DNA from: the human T2T-CHM13v2.0 reference genome, Homo sapiens
Assembly (NCBI RefSeq): GCF_009914755.1
Contig: NC_060933.1
DNA length: 64,000 bases
Strand: one strand, 5' to 3'
This document shows, one piece after another, positions 43,621 through 60,705 of the stretch (within the stretch, counting starts at the first letter, position 1; each line of letters opens with the position of its first letter). The notes under the pieces are model-generated. The model searched no databases and had not been told where the DNA came from. It was given only the letters and a program-made list of their open reading frames with translations. The position numbers and the translations under genes were made by a program.

Positions 43621-44184
43621 GTTAGTTGGGGTGATTTAAACAATTGGCTTTGATTATGTCTTTTTAAGCCTGGCTTTAGGTAGCCTGGCCCTGGGCTTAC
43701 AAGGTTAGATTCTGTGATTATGGCACCAAGTTATAGTACTTGATGGGCCTTTATACTGTGAGCCTCAGTGTCTTCCTAACTTTGCTGCTTTTCTGTTTTC
43801 CTTTCTCCATCACAGTTAAGTGGTCATTTCTATTTGAAGGTGCCAATTTTATGCCATAGGGGTTATCTTTTTGTGATTACATCAATGGTAACCAATCTTA
43901 CAAGGTTAACTAGGCTTACTGAAAGTGAACAATGCCGTCAAAATGATAAATAAGCAGTGTTTATTGACTGAAAAAAATGTACTTTGCATTTTAATTGTAT
44001 ATGTCAATGACAAAGTGCCTATTCATTTTTGCAAGGCAGTTATTTCTTAATTAAACATGTGGTGAGCTGGCCACTGTTCATTTCTAATGTACTTTCTTGG
44101 ATAATTCATATCTGTCTAAATAAAAAGGCATGGATTTATTCTTGTTTTAAGTCTCATTATCTGGTAGCTGTCATCATCTAGAGA

Positions 44185-44425
44185 TGACATAACTGAGTCG
44201 TTAAAAATATAGGCTTTGGAATAAGAAAGTCCTATATTTAGATCCTATTACTTCCACTTACTACCTCTATGGCCTATTTGTAGCAATTTCCTCTTTCAGA
44301 ACCTATTTCTCCATCTGTAAAATGGAGGGATAACAATGCTCACCAGATAGGATTGTTCGAAGGATTAAATGAATTAATATATGTGAAGCACAACAGCTCA
44401 TAGATACTAAGCTCTTATTAATAAT
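44185..44425. mobile_element. MIR element
   Basis: 'atttctccatctgtaaaatggagggataacaatgctcacc...aggattaaatgaattaatatatgtgaagcac'. Confidence 0.85.
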
Positions 44426-46152
44426 AACCATTCAAAATTATTCAGTCTGTCTCTGTCCTCAATGAGTATCTTATGGGCTATCTGTATTCTTTTTTTGTTG
44501 TTGTGGGTTTTTTGGTGGTACACTAAAAAAATCAACTCTGGTGACTCATTTAAACCAAAAAGGAACAGGAAGTATATGGAATCTAGAAGCCCGTGGAATT
44601 AAAGGCAAAGCTTAAAAACTGTATTTTGGGAAGAACAAGAACCAGGGCAAGTTGGGTAGTCCAGGCAACAGGTACTAATGAAACATCTAAGCAGACCACC
44701 TCCAGTGGGCCAGAACAACTTCAGTCATTTATTATCCTCATGTCACTTAAAATTCAGAGTCCTTTGGGTCCTAGGCCTACCCCTTGGACAGTGTAGGACA
44801 GCTAGTTTGATTGAGCATTTAACTAACCTTCAAACAGTGGGGAAGACGGAACTCTGCAAAGGGTGTTACTACCAGTAAACAGAGAATAGGTGCTGTGTGG
44901 CAAAAGCCATGGATATATATTACATGTAGGGAAGGGAAAGAGGCCAAGGGATTATTGCATGAATGATATTAGTTAATTACCTTATGAAAATTTAATTTTA
45001 AACTTAGAATCTTACCGATAAGAAAGATGGAAATTTTATAGAGAGGAAATGTTTCATGTCTTTCAGAGAGCCATGGAATATTTTAGCAGAGGCAACATGC
45101 TGCATAGATCTACAACCTAAAATGTCAATGCCCCTTTCTATGATCCCTTCACTTTGGTGTTATTTTTGTTGAACTACCAGTTATACAGTAATTTTCCCCA
45201 ATAATAAAGGGGTCTAGCTCAGAGTTTGAGTTCCAGCCTCTTTTACTTTCTCCTCCACCCCAACACACCCCAACACACATTGAGAAACCACACAGTCCAA
45301 AGATGAGGCTTTGCTTTTATTCATGATGACCTTGCCTTTGGCTGTTACTCAATGCAAATTCAAGACCTCATTATTTGATTAAAGTTGAAACTTTCAAACA
45401 TTATTCAAACCTGCATGTGACCACCAACAAAAGATTTGAAGATGTGACAGCCTTGTTTGGTTCAAGGAATTACAATAATTCCAGTTACCATGTGAGTTAA
45501 TGAATGCTTTTGACATCCATGGTCATGAATGACTTTAATAACCAAGTTTTATTTTTAATGAGTGGGGTTTTTTTTGTTGTTTTGTTTTTGTGTTCTCTTC
45601 CTCTTCTTTTTCAAACTGAAGATGATTCATGTTTTCTACCTAATCTTTCAGTGAGTTGGGTGAATGTTGTCAAGATTCTTGAAATGACAACTAAATGGTA
45701 ATAGTCACCAGAAATGCTAGAGATGTTGATCTGAATTCTGTGGGCTGCTTATTGCCTCCTTTGTCAAATAAGAAGTCATAGAAATGAGAAATTTTGAATT
45801 ATGTTTTTTGCACATCTGTCCTTTTAACCTCCATATTATCTTCACTATAATTCATTCAACGCAGGAGAGCTCTGAAGGGCTCTTGGATAGTTCTGTTTTG
45901 CAGCATCTATCCTCTTCTGCTAATTTGTTCATAAAAGATACATCTTATTTCTTTTGGGGCACAGGTGAGGATGTATATTTGTCAACTACCTGTATACCTC
46001 ATACGTGCATGCTTATAGTCCAAGCAGATGAAGTTTACTTTTTGATAACAGCACTTTATTGTTTAATATAGAAGGGAGTTACACCTTAGATTTAGAAATA
46101 TCTTTAGATTTGTTTTCTCTGTAATCATTTCATGTTTTTAATTCATCTGCAG

Positions 46153-46269
46153 GTTCAACCTAATTTCCTTTCAATGAAAGAGTGGGTTTCCATGGTACTT
46201 GATACACTCTTGGTCATTGTGGATAGCCATTACCAACCCAGAGGGCAACTTCTCTCCTGGTTTTATTAT
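46153..46269 (+). CDS. FOCAD: Focadhesin internal coding exon (117 nt, phase 0-0): VQPNFLSMKEWVSMVLDTLLVIVDSHYQPRGQLLSWFYY
   Basis: catctgcag| acceptor, TAT|gtaagt donor, 39 open codons. Confidence 0.93.
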
Positions 46270-46353
46270 GTAAGTGCAAAAAATAAAAAATGATCAGAAA
46301 ACTCAAGAATTGACTCTTATGACATCAGTTGGTCACATGAAATCGATTATATA

Positions 46354-46666
46354 GGCCAGGCGCGGTGGCTCACGCCTGTAATCCCAGCACTTTGGAAGTC
46401 TGAGGTGGGCGGATCACCTGAGGTTGGGAGTTCGAGACCAGCCTGACCAACATGGAGAAACCGCATCTCTACTAAAAACACAAAATTAGCCGGGCGTGGT
46501 GGCACATGCCTGTAATCCCAGCTACTCAGGAGGCTGAGGCAGGAGAATCACTTTAACCCGGGAGGCAGAGGTAATGGTGAGCCAAGATCGCACCATTGCA
46601 CTGCAGCCTAGGCAACAAGAGAAAAACTGTGTCTCAAAAAAAAGAAAAAGAAAAAGAAAAAAAAAA
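46354..46666 (+). mobile_element. AluSp-like element
   Basis: 'ggttgggagttcgagaccagcctgaccaacatggagaaacc'; 15-bp TSD gaaatcgattatata / gaaatccattatata. Confidence 0.93.
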
Positions 46667-46684
46667 GAAATCCATTATATAGTG

Positions 46685-47010
46685 TAATGATTCTCAGCCC
46701 TGGCTATTTGTTAGAATCACCTGGGGAACTTTAAATACACACACACACGAAATATTATCTATATAAAATATGAAAATATTATATATGTAAATTATAAGAA
46801 ATATGTGTGTAAATATTAATGTTATATATGTACGTACATATGCATATATAATGTGAAATATATATGTATAGACATATATATATATATAAAAGAAATACCA
46901 ATGTGTAGTCCCCACTGCTGATTTAATTGCTCATGGATAAACTCCGGGCATCAGTATTTTGAGAGCTCTCTCAGTTATTCTAATGTGTAGTCAGGGTCAA
47001 GAGCTACAGT
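46685..47010. mobile_element. MER5A-like element interrupted by AT-rich simple repeat (46735-46890)
   Basis: 'ttagaatcacctggggaacttt' ... 'ctgatttaattg...gggcatcagtatttt...ttattctaatgtgtagtcagg'. Confidence 0.7.
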
Positions 47011-49208
47011 TGTAGTAGAATAAACATTGGCTGAAATGTGGGGACTCCAAGTTTCTAGTCATAGATTTTTTTCATTTCAGATTGTGTGACTTTGGGCAAT
47101 TCACTCAACCTCTTTGAGTCTTTTTGTCCTGATTTATAAAATGAAGGAATTGAAAAATATCATCTATAGTAGTTGTAGCCCTTGCTCCCCCCTTCTTGTT
47201 TTTGTGACTGTTGACACTTACTTCATCATTCTTATTTTTCTTATCTGCAAAATGAAAGTAAAAATTAATGCTTTGCCAACTTTCTAAAAAGATTGTGAAG
47301 ATCAAATAATATACTTTATGTAAAAAGTTTTGAAAACTGTTAAATACTCTATAAATACAAAGTAATGTTGTTGATCATTTAAAAAAAAAAGCCACCTGTT
47401 ACCCATCCTCTGTCTTCATGCTTGTATTCTAAGATTTGAAGCAAAATGAGAAAACACTTTTTTGTTTTGGTTTCCTTTTCCTTTTATTGGTCGTAGTACA
47501 TGCTTTATTTCTGTGTCTTTGTAGAAGTATTTTGGTCCTACCCTATTACTATCCATTGCCTAGGGAATTATAATGGTCATGGGACAATCAGCTGAGTGGC
47601 AGAGGATTATAGTTAATTTTAATAAAAATATAACACAGATTCTGAACTGTTGCTAAGATCATGAATTTAGCTTAAAACCTTAATGCCGAAGGTCTTCTCT
47701 GTGTATTTTGTGTGCCTCTGTCCTGCCCTTGGGAAGATCTGGTATGTATTCATCAGGGGCTTTGGGTTTAGAGCTAGATTTTTAACCATAGTTGAGGTAA
47801 AAAAAAAAAAAAATGACTTACCAGATGATGTAGAATTAAATTGGAAGATAAATTTTGCTCAAAAAGTTAATTGCTCTATGATGATTTACTTTCTGTCAGA
47901 AGTGTTCTTATTTCTTTAATGATGAATGAAAACTTTAGATGCTTATGGAGGTCTTTGCAATAACTATCTAGTTCAGGTATTCACCAGAGCAGGACACTGT
48001 ATGAAATTTCTCATATGCTGCTTAGTTCTTGCAAACCAATAAAAATAATCTCTTTACTAGTCAGCTCTGATTGTCTCTTACCTTTGTGAGGTTTTGCATT
48101 ACCATACTTTTCAAAGCCCTGTTTTAAAAGTCACTTTATTTCATGTGTGCTACCAGCTGGGTCATTTTGAGTAACATTATCATTAAAACAGTGCTATATT
48201 AATTTAAAGTGTAACTTAGTACGTTTGATTTTTATCCTTAAAGTACTAAAGCTTAGAGAGCGAATGGGCCTAGAATTAAAAACATATTTTAATGTGCTTT
48301 AACTGCAAGGGACAACACTGCCCTTATGGTGTGTCTGAAACTTTAAATTGGATAATAGTGAGGAATGATAAACGGGCTTTCTTTCCCACTTGAGACATAT
48401 TTATAAATGTATATAACGTCTGGTAGAGCTCTCTAACCTGGGATTCTTATAGAAGCTGTTCATATTCAGCTGCTCTGTCATTTTATTAGGGCTGTTATTC
48501 ATTTCTTTTCCCATAATTACATGTAGGAAGGGGCATATAGAGCTCTCCATTTCATTTTGAATAGCTGGTTATTGCTTTGTAACCAAAGGCTTTTAGGATT
48601 TCAACTTCCTTTTTAATTAAAAGGAATTAACCCCCTGTAGGAAATAATCCATCTACTGGGAAGTGTTCCCACCAAAAATTTTGGGAGATGTGCCAATAGA
48701 TCCCTGTGCTAAATTTATACTTGCTTCTCCATACTAAACTTAAACTCTCTTCCTCCCTTTTCCTTTCTTCCCTGGAAAACTCCTAGCTTTCTGGACATTT
48801 ATAATGTGGCTTGCTGGTTTGTCCAAGCTCAGATAGCTTCAGTTTTTTTTTTGTTTGTTTTTCTGTTTTTTTGTTTTTTTAATATATATACATGTGGGCT
48901 TTTAGGAACACTGAAATTGTTTCAAGCCTTATAGTGAGGGAATTTATAACCTTTAAAAGGAAGACGCTTGTAATTTGGTTTTTCAGATTTAAAAGGATAT
49001 TATTAATTATTTAGTAGCAAAACATTTCATTAATAATGAAAACATAATCTATAGACAAAAACGTTTGGATTTTTAAAAAATGTATTATTTTGGGTGTCGG
49101 CCGGGGTGGATCTAAGAGAAGCTTGTGTGGTTGTATAGTGCTTTTATGATAGGTATGCTTCCTTCATGTTTAAGGCTAACCCTGTTTTCTTTCTTTGGCA
49201 TGTCCTAG

Positions 49209-49447
49209 AAGTCCTATTCTGGTGAAAACACAGCTAGTGCCATTGCCCGTTCTGCTGCCGCCACGGCTTTGTCTCTCCTTGTGCCAGTTTTCATTATCTC
49301 TTGCAAAGAGAAGGTTGAGGAAATCCTGAACATGCTGACTGCCAGGTTACCTGGGAAACCAAGTGCTGATGAGTCTCAAGCCGTGCAAATCCACATGGGC
49401 CTTGCTTTAGGGATGTTTCTCTCTCGCTTGTGTGAAGAGAAACTCAG
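49209..49447 (+). CDS. FOCAD: Focadhesin internal coding exon (239 nt, phase 0-2): KSYSGENTASAIARSAAATALSLLVPVFIISCKEKVEEILNMLTARLPGKPSADESQAVQIHMGLALGMFLSRLCEEKL(S)
   Basis: ctaac branch-like motif, pyrimidine tract, cctag| acceptor; AG|gtacag donor; overlaps ORF 49269..49487. Confidence 0.94.
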
Positions 49448-51354
49448 GTACAGTTTATTAAAATATTCCTGCTTTTCTTCTTTGTGATTTTTTGCAAAGG
49501 ATTTTGCACCCATATGCACCTATATATAAACATTGTATCTGAGCAATATGTGTTTGCTAAACTTTCTGAGATGGGCAAGTTGATCCTTTATTCTTCTTTA
49601 GGAGTAAATTTATCTATCTAAAATACCATCATGTAGGTATTAATGTATTTTAAGGGTTGCTAGTATTAAAGTGTTTGGTTACTTGAAAATCATTTCATGC
49701 TTAGATGAAAGCCCCAGGTACCTATGTGTGGTGGACATGAGAAAAGTCAAGTTATGGTGCTATAAGTAAAAAGCTTCTTTTTTCTGGTTTGTATGGGATG
49801 AAAATAACTGCCAATCTTTTGTTGATATAATTGAAAATGAGAGGAGAGGATTGGCATATCTCTAGTGCCTAAGGGGTGTTGGGAATCACTGAATTACCTG
49901 AGAACTACATGTACCCGGCTTTAAATATTGCTTTTTTTCCTGTGCCCTGGCCACATTTTTATAATCCTTAAAGAGTCTTAATCTGTGCATATTATACTGT
50001 GTGCTTTGTTCACTTTGATTGCTCATTTTTGGACTGCTAACTTTACCCTTGAATGGAGCTAATGGAATAGACTCAGGTGGAAAATTCCACTAAATCGGAA
50101 AGGTTTTTTTAGTGCATCAGTCTGCTTTAGTTTTGTTGTTCATACTGCTTATTATTTATTTTCTAGCAATTCTTAGAATTTTATATATCTACATTGATTG
50201 TAGTGGGCTACAATATGAATACTTGCTTATCATGAATATTTTGATGTCAATGACTAGGCATTTAGCCCTGTTTTCCTACTTTGGAAATATGATAGTAGGG
50301 AGAGACATTCTGTTGTGATATTAGATTCTTTTAAATTCCTGGTTGGCAGAAATTAGTTGTCCAAAGGCAAGAACTGGTGTTGGTGTGGATAAACTGGATG
50401 ACACTATGCTATATTTATTTCAGTTTGAGACCACTGATTAAGTTCTTCACAAACACAAGTATGTGAAACTTTTATGTGAATTGCTATTGATTTTGGGGAA
50501 TACCATATTTCAGATGATCATTTTCAGCTCTTAGAAACATCTGTCAGATGATTGGGATTATTCTCTTAGTCTTTGAGACCATAAGTGCAATATGGCCAGA
50601 ATATTCATTTCGTCCTGTTCACCATCACTAATAAATATAGGTCTTGTTCTGGAGATGAATAAAAAACTGCCCTTTGCATGTGATTTGACTGTTACATATC
50701 TTGTGTGTGTGACAGAACACAAACTATTTTTAAAGACTTAAAACTTGAAAGTGATTTTTTCCCTTTGCTACTATGCTACAAATGACAGTCTCTCCACCAT
50801 CTGTGTTCATGCTCTTTCTTTGGTATCTTTTCAAGCAACATGTTTTGCAACTAAAAATGAGCCGTAGCAGTTTAATTCTAGGCAACTCATTTCATCCTAT
50901 TCTGGCTCTGACTCCTTTCTTCACTAACTTAGGAGGAGATGCTGCTGCTTTTAGGCTGACAAGCTTGCATTTGTGGTTAACTTAATCATGCTGCCTGGAG
51001 AAACCTATGATGATTCCCCCAGAACACTTGACCCTGCTTCCTAGGTTGTCTTCCATTCCTGTCTGTCTGACTTGAATTCACACCTGAAGGAAACCCTGGG
51101 CAAAGACATCAGGAAGCTCCTTCCTTAGCTGAGCACCCACAGAATAACTACAAATTTTAACTTTGCCCTAACGTTCCTGTGTTTGATAGCATCCTCCTTC
51201 TACTTAGGGCCTGTGTGTTAGTAATGCCATTACTAACATAACTATTCATGGCTCCCACCTTCCCAATTTGTTGGAATTGAGGAATCTCAAATATTTGCCT
51301 TTTGATACTAATAAATTTTTTACCAGGTAGTAACAATGCTAACAGAGAATTTCA

Positions 51355-51776
<422 letters not shown>

Positions 51777-52860
51777 TTATGAAAATCATTTCAATTTTTG
51801 CTAAGGCTTATGAAAAAGTCTCCTGAATTTAAGTTCCATCTAAAATTTATTCAGAAGCTGTGGAATGTTGTTCCACAGCTTCTTGCTTCTGTCATAACCC
51901 CCAGAAAATACAAAAATGATCTCTTTAACATTTGTTTAGGATATTTAAGTATATTTTACTCCAAAGGACAACTTTTATAGGATTTATTTAGTTAAAGCTA
52001 TTAAGTCTGTGTGTGTGATATGAGGGGTGTGCGTGTGGGCATTTGTTTTTCATTGCAAAAATTCCTTCACCTTGGGCAAAACTGCTATAGTCTTGGTTTG
52101 GGAAAATGTTTAAAAAAGTGCTCTCTGCCTGGTTGTCATTCCTGGAGTTACATTCCACTTACCATGATCTGAAGTAGCAATATGAGAGTTAAGACGTAGG
52201 AACCTGTAGCTACTAAAATGTCAGTGATGAAGCCCACAAATCTGCCTGGAGGGACAACCATAGAACCTTTTAAGTTTTATTTTACTATGCAAGTCATACT
52301 TCTCACCCAGGCATTTATAAAATCATCAATTGCTGTATAAATGTAAACAAATATAGGTCTAGGATTTTCTCCCCTTAAAAAAAAGTAAGTAAAGGAATAG
52401 AATTTATAACCTCTACAACTGAGACATGAAATCAGAAGTGACAGTCTTTGCAAGAAAGATTTGGAATGATTATTGATAATGTCAGGTTAATACGTTAAGT
52501 ATTCTGAAGAAAATCACTTAAGCATCCTTAGAAATATATATTTGGAATTCCGAGTTTCTTTTTTATTTTTCAATGGCTTAAAATTTGAACAGGCTAAGAA
52601 AAATCAAAAATAGGAGATTTTGTGTTTATTGGTTTGCAAGTGATTATACTGCTCAGAAATCCAATTATTGAATAATTGGTCAGACTTAGTTTCTGTAACT
52701 ACCAAATAAGAATATGCAACTCATCAATATTGTCACTTTTTTTTTTTAAGAGAAATGCTGGTATTTCCAGTAAAATATTGAGAGTATAATATTGTATTCA
52801 GTATTTTGGATAGTTGACTAATTTTAAATAATTCATTGTTTCCCCTTGATCTTTAACCAG

Positions 52861-52950
52861 TGATATATCTGGCCAAGAGATGAACCTTCTTCTGATGAAG
52901 TCGTTGGATGCCCTGGAAAATTGCTGCTTTGACACTAGTCTTGAATACAA
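52861..52950 (+). CDS. FOCAD: Focadhesin internal coding exon (90 nt, phase 2-2): (S)DISGQEMNLLLMKSLDALENCCFDTSLEY(N)
   Basis: ctttaaccag| acceptor, AA|gtatgt donor, frame continuity; no further exon recognised in the window. Confidence 0.93.
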
Positions 52951-53037
52951 GTATGTTGTTCCTATTTCCACTCTCACAGGTACTTAGACATTGCTCCCTA
53001 CACTGCCATAAGTCTTGCATGCTATGGAGAAATATTT

Positions 53038-54985
53038 TTTATTTTTATTTTTTATTTCCATAGGTTATTGGGGAACAGGTGGTGTTTGGTTACATGAGTA
53101 AGTTCTTTAGTGGTGATTTGTGAGATTTTGGTGCCCCCATCACCCAAGCAGTATACACTGCACACAATTTGTCATCTTTTGTCCCTCACCCTCTTCCCAC
53201 GCTTTCTCCCTGAATCCCCAAAGTCCAGTGTGTGATTCTTAAGCCTTTGTATCCTCATAGCTTAGCTCCCACTTATGAGTGAGAATATATGACGTTTGGT
53301 TTTTCCATTCCTGAGTTACTTCACTTAGAATAATAGTCTCCAGTCTCATCCAGATTGCTGTGAATGCCATTAGTTCATTCCTTTTTATGGCTGAGTAGTA
53401 TTCCATCGTGTGTGTGTATGTGTGTGTGTGTGTGTATCACAGTTTCTTTATCCACTCATTGATTGATGGGTATTTGAGTTGGTTCCACGTTTTTGCAATT
53501 GTGAATTGTGCTGCTATAAACATGCATGTGAAAGTACTTTTTTGTATAATGACTTCTTTTCCTGTGAGTACATACCCAGTAGTGGGATTGCTGGATCAAA
53601 TGGTGGTTCTACTTTTAGTTGTTTAAGGAATCTCCACACTGTTTTCCATAGTGATTGTACTAGTTTACACTCCCACTAGCAGTGTAGAAGTGTTCTCTGT
53701 TCACCGCGTCCACACCAACATCTATTTTTTTTTTATTATGGCCATTCTTGCGGGAGTGAGGTGGTATTGCATTGTGGTTTTGATTTGCATTTCTCTGATC
53801 ATTAGTGATGTTGAGCATTTTTTTATACATTTGTTGGTCATTTGTATATCTTCTTTTGAGAATTGTCTATTCATGTCCTTAGCCCACTTTTGGTGGGATT
53901 GTTTGTTTTTGTCTTGCTAATTTGTTTGAGTTTGTTGTAGATTCTGGATATTAGTCCTTTGTCAGTTGTATATAGATTGTGAAGATTTTCGCCCACTCTG
54001 TGGGTTGTCTGTTTACTCTGCTGACTGTTGCTTTTGCCATGCAAAAGCTCTTTCGTTTAATTAAGTCCAAGCTATTTATCGTTTTTAACTGCATTTGCTT
54101 TTTGGTTCTTCATCATGAAATCCTTGTCTAAGCCAATGTCTAGAAGGGTTTTTCCAGTGTTATTTTTAGAATTTTTATAGTTTTAGGTCTTAGATTTAAG
54201 TCCTTGATCCATCTTGAGTTGATTTTTGGATAAGGTGAGAGCTGAGGATCCTTCTGTACAGTTTTATTCTCTTACATGTAGCTTGCCAATTAAGCTTACA
54301 TGTATCTTACCAGTTACCCCCAGCACCATTTGTTGAGTAGGGTGTCCTTTACCCACTTGATGTTTTTTTTTTTTTGATTTGTTGAAGATCCGTTGGCTGT
54401 ATTTGGGTTTATTTCTGGGTTATCTATTCTGTTCCGTTGTTCTATGTGCCTAGTTTTATACCAGTACCATGCTGTTTTGGTGAATGTGGCCTTATAGTAT
54501 AGTTTGAAATCAGGTAATGTGATGCCTCCAGATTTGTTCTTTTTGCCTAGTCTTGCTTTGGCTATGTGGACTTCTTCAGAAAGCTCCCAGAATTGATAAC
54601 AGAATTCAGCAAAGTTTCTGGACACAAAATTAATGTACCCACATCAGTAGCTCTTCTATATACCAACAGTGACCAAGCTGAGAATCAAATCAAGAACCCC
54701 ACCCCTTTTTTTTTACAATAGCTGCAAAAAAAAATAATAAGATACTTAGGAATATACCTAACCAAGGAGGTGAAAGACCTCTGCAAGGAAAACTACAAAA
54801 CACTGCTGAAAGAAATCATAGATGACACAAATGGAAACACATCCCATGCTCATAGATGGGTAGAATCAATATTGTGATAATTACCATAGTGTCAAAAGCA
54901 GTCTACACATTCAGTGCAGTTCTCATCAAAATACTACCATCATTCTACACAGAACTAGATAAAACAATCTTAAAATTCATATGGA
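53038..54985 (-). mobile_element. L1PB-type element with 5' inversion (minus part 53038-54569, inverted plus part 54570-54985)
   Basis: Antisense L1PB 3' end 'ggggaacaggtggtgtttggttacatgagtaagttctttagtggtg'; strand switch at about 54570; 15-bp TSD tatggagaaatattt at 53023-53037 and 54980-54994. Confidence 0.92.
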
Positions 54986-55237
54986 GAAATATTTGTAGAA
55001 TGTGATTTTGAATTCCTTTGCAGAGAGTTTTCAGTAATAATTAATCAAAAAACTTATTATTAAAGCTTTCTTGTTCTGAAAACCAGGTTTCAGCAATAGA
55101 CAAATTATTTAAATTCAAAGCAACAACTATCATCTTGCAGCTTACACCTTATATTACTAAGACCTTAGTTTTGACTTACGTTTATCATACAAGGCACATG
55201 TATGGGGACATGGATGCATGACTTAATCTTTTTTTAA

Positions 55238-55546
<309 letters not shown>

Positions 55547-56394
55547 GACTTAATCTTTTTAAAGATTTGTTGAGGCCATTTGAATTTGATTGGGCTAAGA
55601 GGGCCTTTGACCGATGATTTATGTTTCCCTGTGAAATCATGTGCCTAAGAAGTAGAAATGGAAGCAAACAGGTTATATCAGGGATTACCAACCTGCTTAG
55701 CATTAAGAACCTTTCCCTTCCCCATGCTAACCCCATGGTTTTTAAGTTTTGTCTATTAAACTAAATGCTTTAAAATTATTTTCTCATTTCATTAATGAAA
55801 GATAAAAATGAAAAATAATCAAAAAAAGAATTAAACACACTCATTTTATGAGATATTTAATGTTTCAGTTAGTCTGTGTGACTTGTGTAGGTGAATATAT
55901 GGTATGGTTTTGTTAGGCTTTCGGAAATACTGACATTTTTGAGGGAGCAACATCGTAGTTTTTTAGACTTCCATGCGTTTTGGAACGTCAGGCATGAATC
56001 CTCTGGTGTTCATTGTTACTAGGAATTAACAGATTATAAGCACTAACTTCCAGTTTATTGACTCATTTACCCTTTGATATTATGGGCACTGCTCAAATAT
56101 GCATTAAATCAGTGTTTACATTTCTGGCCTTTAGGAACTTATGATTTACAGCTACATTCATACTTTCTATCTTGTTAGTTTCAGACTAACAAAAGGGTAA
56201 ATGATATGGTAGTGGTAGCTGCATGTGTAAAGGGTTTCATCAGGAATAAATAAAGTAAAATGTCCATTTAATAGGTGGTAGTTATGGGATCTTCTTTCAG
56301 ATGCAGGCTGAGATTGGAGAGGAACTAGTGCCACTCACCTGGTTTCTCAAGAAACACTTTTGGGGTCAAGTGACTTCTTAAGAGTGTGGTTTGA

Positions 56395-59124
<2,730 letters not shown>

Positions 59125-59555
59125 TTAGCTGTTATTTGAATCCAATGAAGAGTTGAGATTTTGAACCTAATCCATGCATTTATATTGCCTTTTACAACCT
59201 AGGAATAAGATATTTTCATGTCTCTTTCCATCCCTCCTGCCTCCTCTTACCACCCAAAGATGTTCATTGTAGCTTAGCTCAAGATGTTATAAAGTTGGGA
59301 AAAAATGTGAGATTAAGATGCCGCCAACTTTAGCCAGTGGCACAGTCAGGAGTGACTTTCAGGCATTGTCTCCATCAGTTTTCAGGAAGGTTGTTTAAAT
59401 GCGGGGAGTACCATGGGGATGAATTACCCACCATACAGATACTGAGGTGTTTAAAAATTTCGTATGTCTAAGCATATTTAACTTTAAAATTTATTTTTGT
59501 TACTAATAAGTTTCTTATTTCTTCATTCTTACCTTCTTTGTTGATTCTTACCTTC

Positions 59556-59932
59556 TTTTATTTTATTTTTTTTTGTTTTTATTTTTTATTTTTTAAATTT
59601 ATTTTATTTTTTTTCTTTCTTTTTTTTAAATTATACTTTAAGTTCTAGGGTACATGTGCACAACGCGCAGGTTTGTTGCATATGTATACATGTGCCATGT
59701 TGGTGTGCTGCACCCATTAACTCGTCATTTACATTAGGCGTATCTCCTAATGCTATCCCTCCCCCCTCCCTCCACCCCACGACAGGTCCCAGTGTGTGAT
59801 GTTCCCCACCCTGTGTCCAAGTGTTCTCATTGTTCAATTCCCACCTATGAGTGAGAACATGCGTCCAAGTGTTCTCATTGTTCAATTCCCACCTATGACT
59901 GAGAACATGCTGCGTTTGGTTTTCTATCCTTT
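59556..59932 (-). mobile_element. Short L1PA (PA5-like) 3'UTR fragment with long T-rich tail and internal 48-bp tandem duplication
   Basis: 'ttatactttaagttctagggtacatgtgcacaac' antisense L1PA end. Confidence 0.93.
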
Positions 59933-60146
59933 TTAATGAACAACTATATTGAGAGAGAGACGGGTAGGCCTGGACTTCCTGTCCAGTTAGTGGAAACTTG
60001 CCTGTCTGTTAGAGCCCAATTAAAAGCTCAGGCCCTTCAAGAAGTCCTTCTTCCATCCTCTCCAAACTTTTAGTTCTACGGTTAATGAAGTTTAGTGCTT
60101 CATCATTACTAATGCTCTCTAGGTGTCAGTCCTTGTGCAGTTCTCC

Positions 60147-60447
60147 CTTTTTTTTTTTTTTTTTGAGATAGGATATCACTCTGTTGCTCAGGCTGGAGTG
60201 CAGTGATACCACAATCATGGCTTACTGCAAGTTCGACCTCCTGGGCTCAAGCAATCCTCCTGCCTCAGCCTCAAGTAGCTGGTACTACAGGCATATGCAA
60301 CCATGCTTGACTAATTTTTTTATTTTTTGTAGAGACAGGGTCTTACTGTGTTGCCTAGGCCGGTGTTGAACTCCTGGCCTCGAGTAATCCTCCCAACCCT
60401 GGCCTCCCAAAGTAATGGGATTACAGATGTGAGCCACTGCACCCAGC
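60147..60447 (-). mobile_element. AluJ element
   Basis: 'ctcctgggctcaagcaatcctcc', 'tttttgtagagacagggtctt' J-type features. Confidence 0.9.
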
Positions 60448-60469
60448 ATAGTTCTCTTTTTGGCTTCAG

Positions 60470-60705
60470 GTTCAACTGATACTTACTGAGCAGCTGCATA
60501 CTGAGCTAGGCATTTTCACATCTGTTTCTCATGGAGTTACATCCATGTCACAACCTAAACATGATACTGAAGTAGGAATCATCATCACTTTGGTTTACAG
60601 ATAAAGAATGTGAGTCTCAGATAGGAGGCTTGTTTCAGGGTCATATGCTTAATAAGTGGCAGAGCCAAGAGAGAAACCTGGGACATCTGACTTCAAAGCC
60701 ATTTT
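60470..60705. mobile_element. MIR element
   Basis: 'tttacagataaagaatgtgagtctcaga...ggtcatatgcttaataagtggcagagcc...tctgacttcaaagcc'. Confidence 0.8.

Noticed and set aside
44694-44710. Second CTCF-like motif (accacctccagtgg); also cttccatctggtgc near 29745
   Set aside because: Several mismatches at core positions; too weak without data
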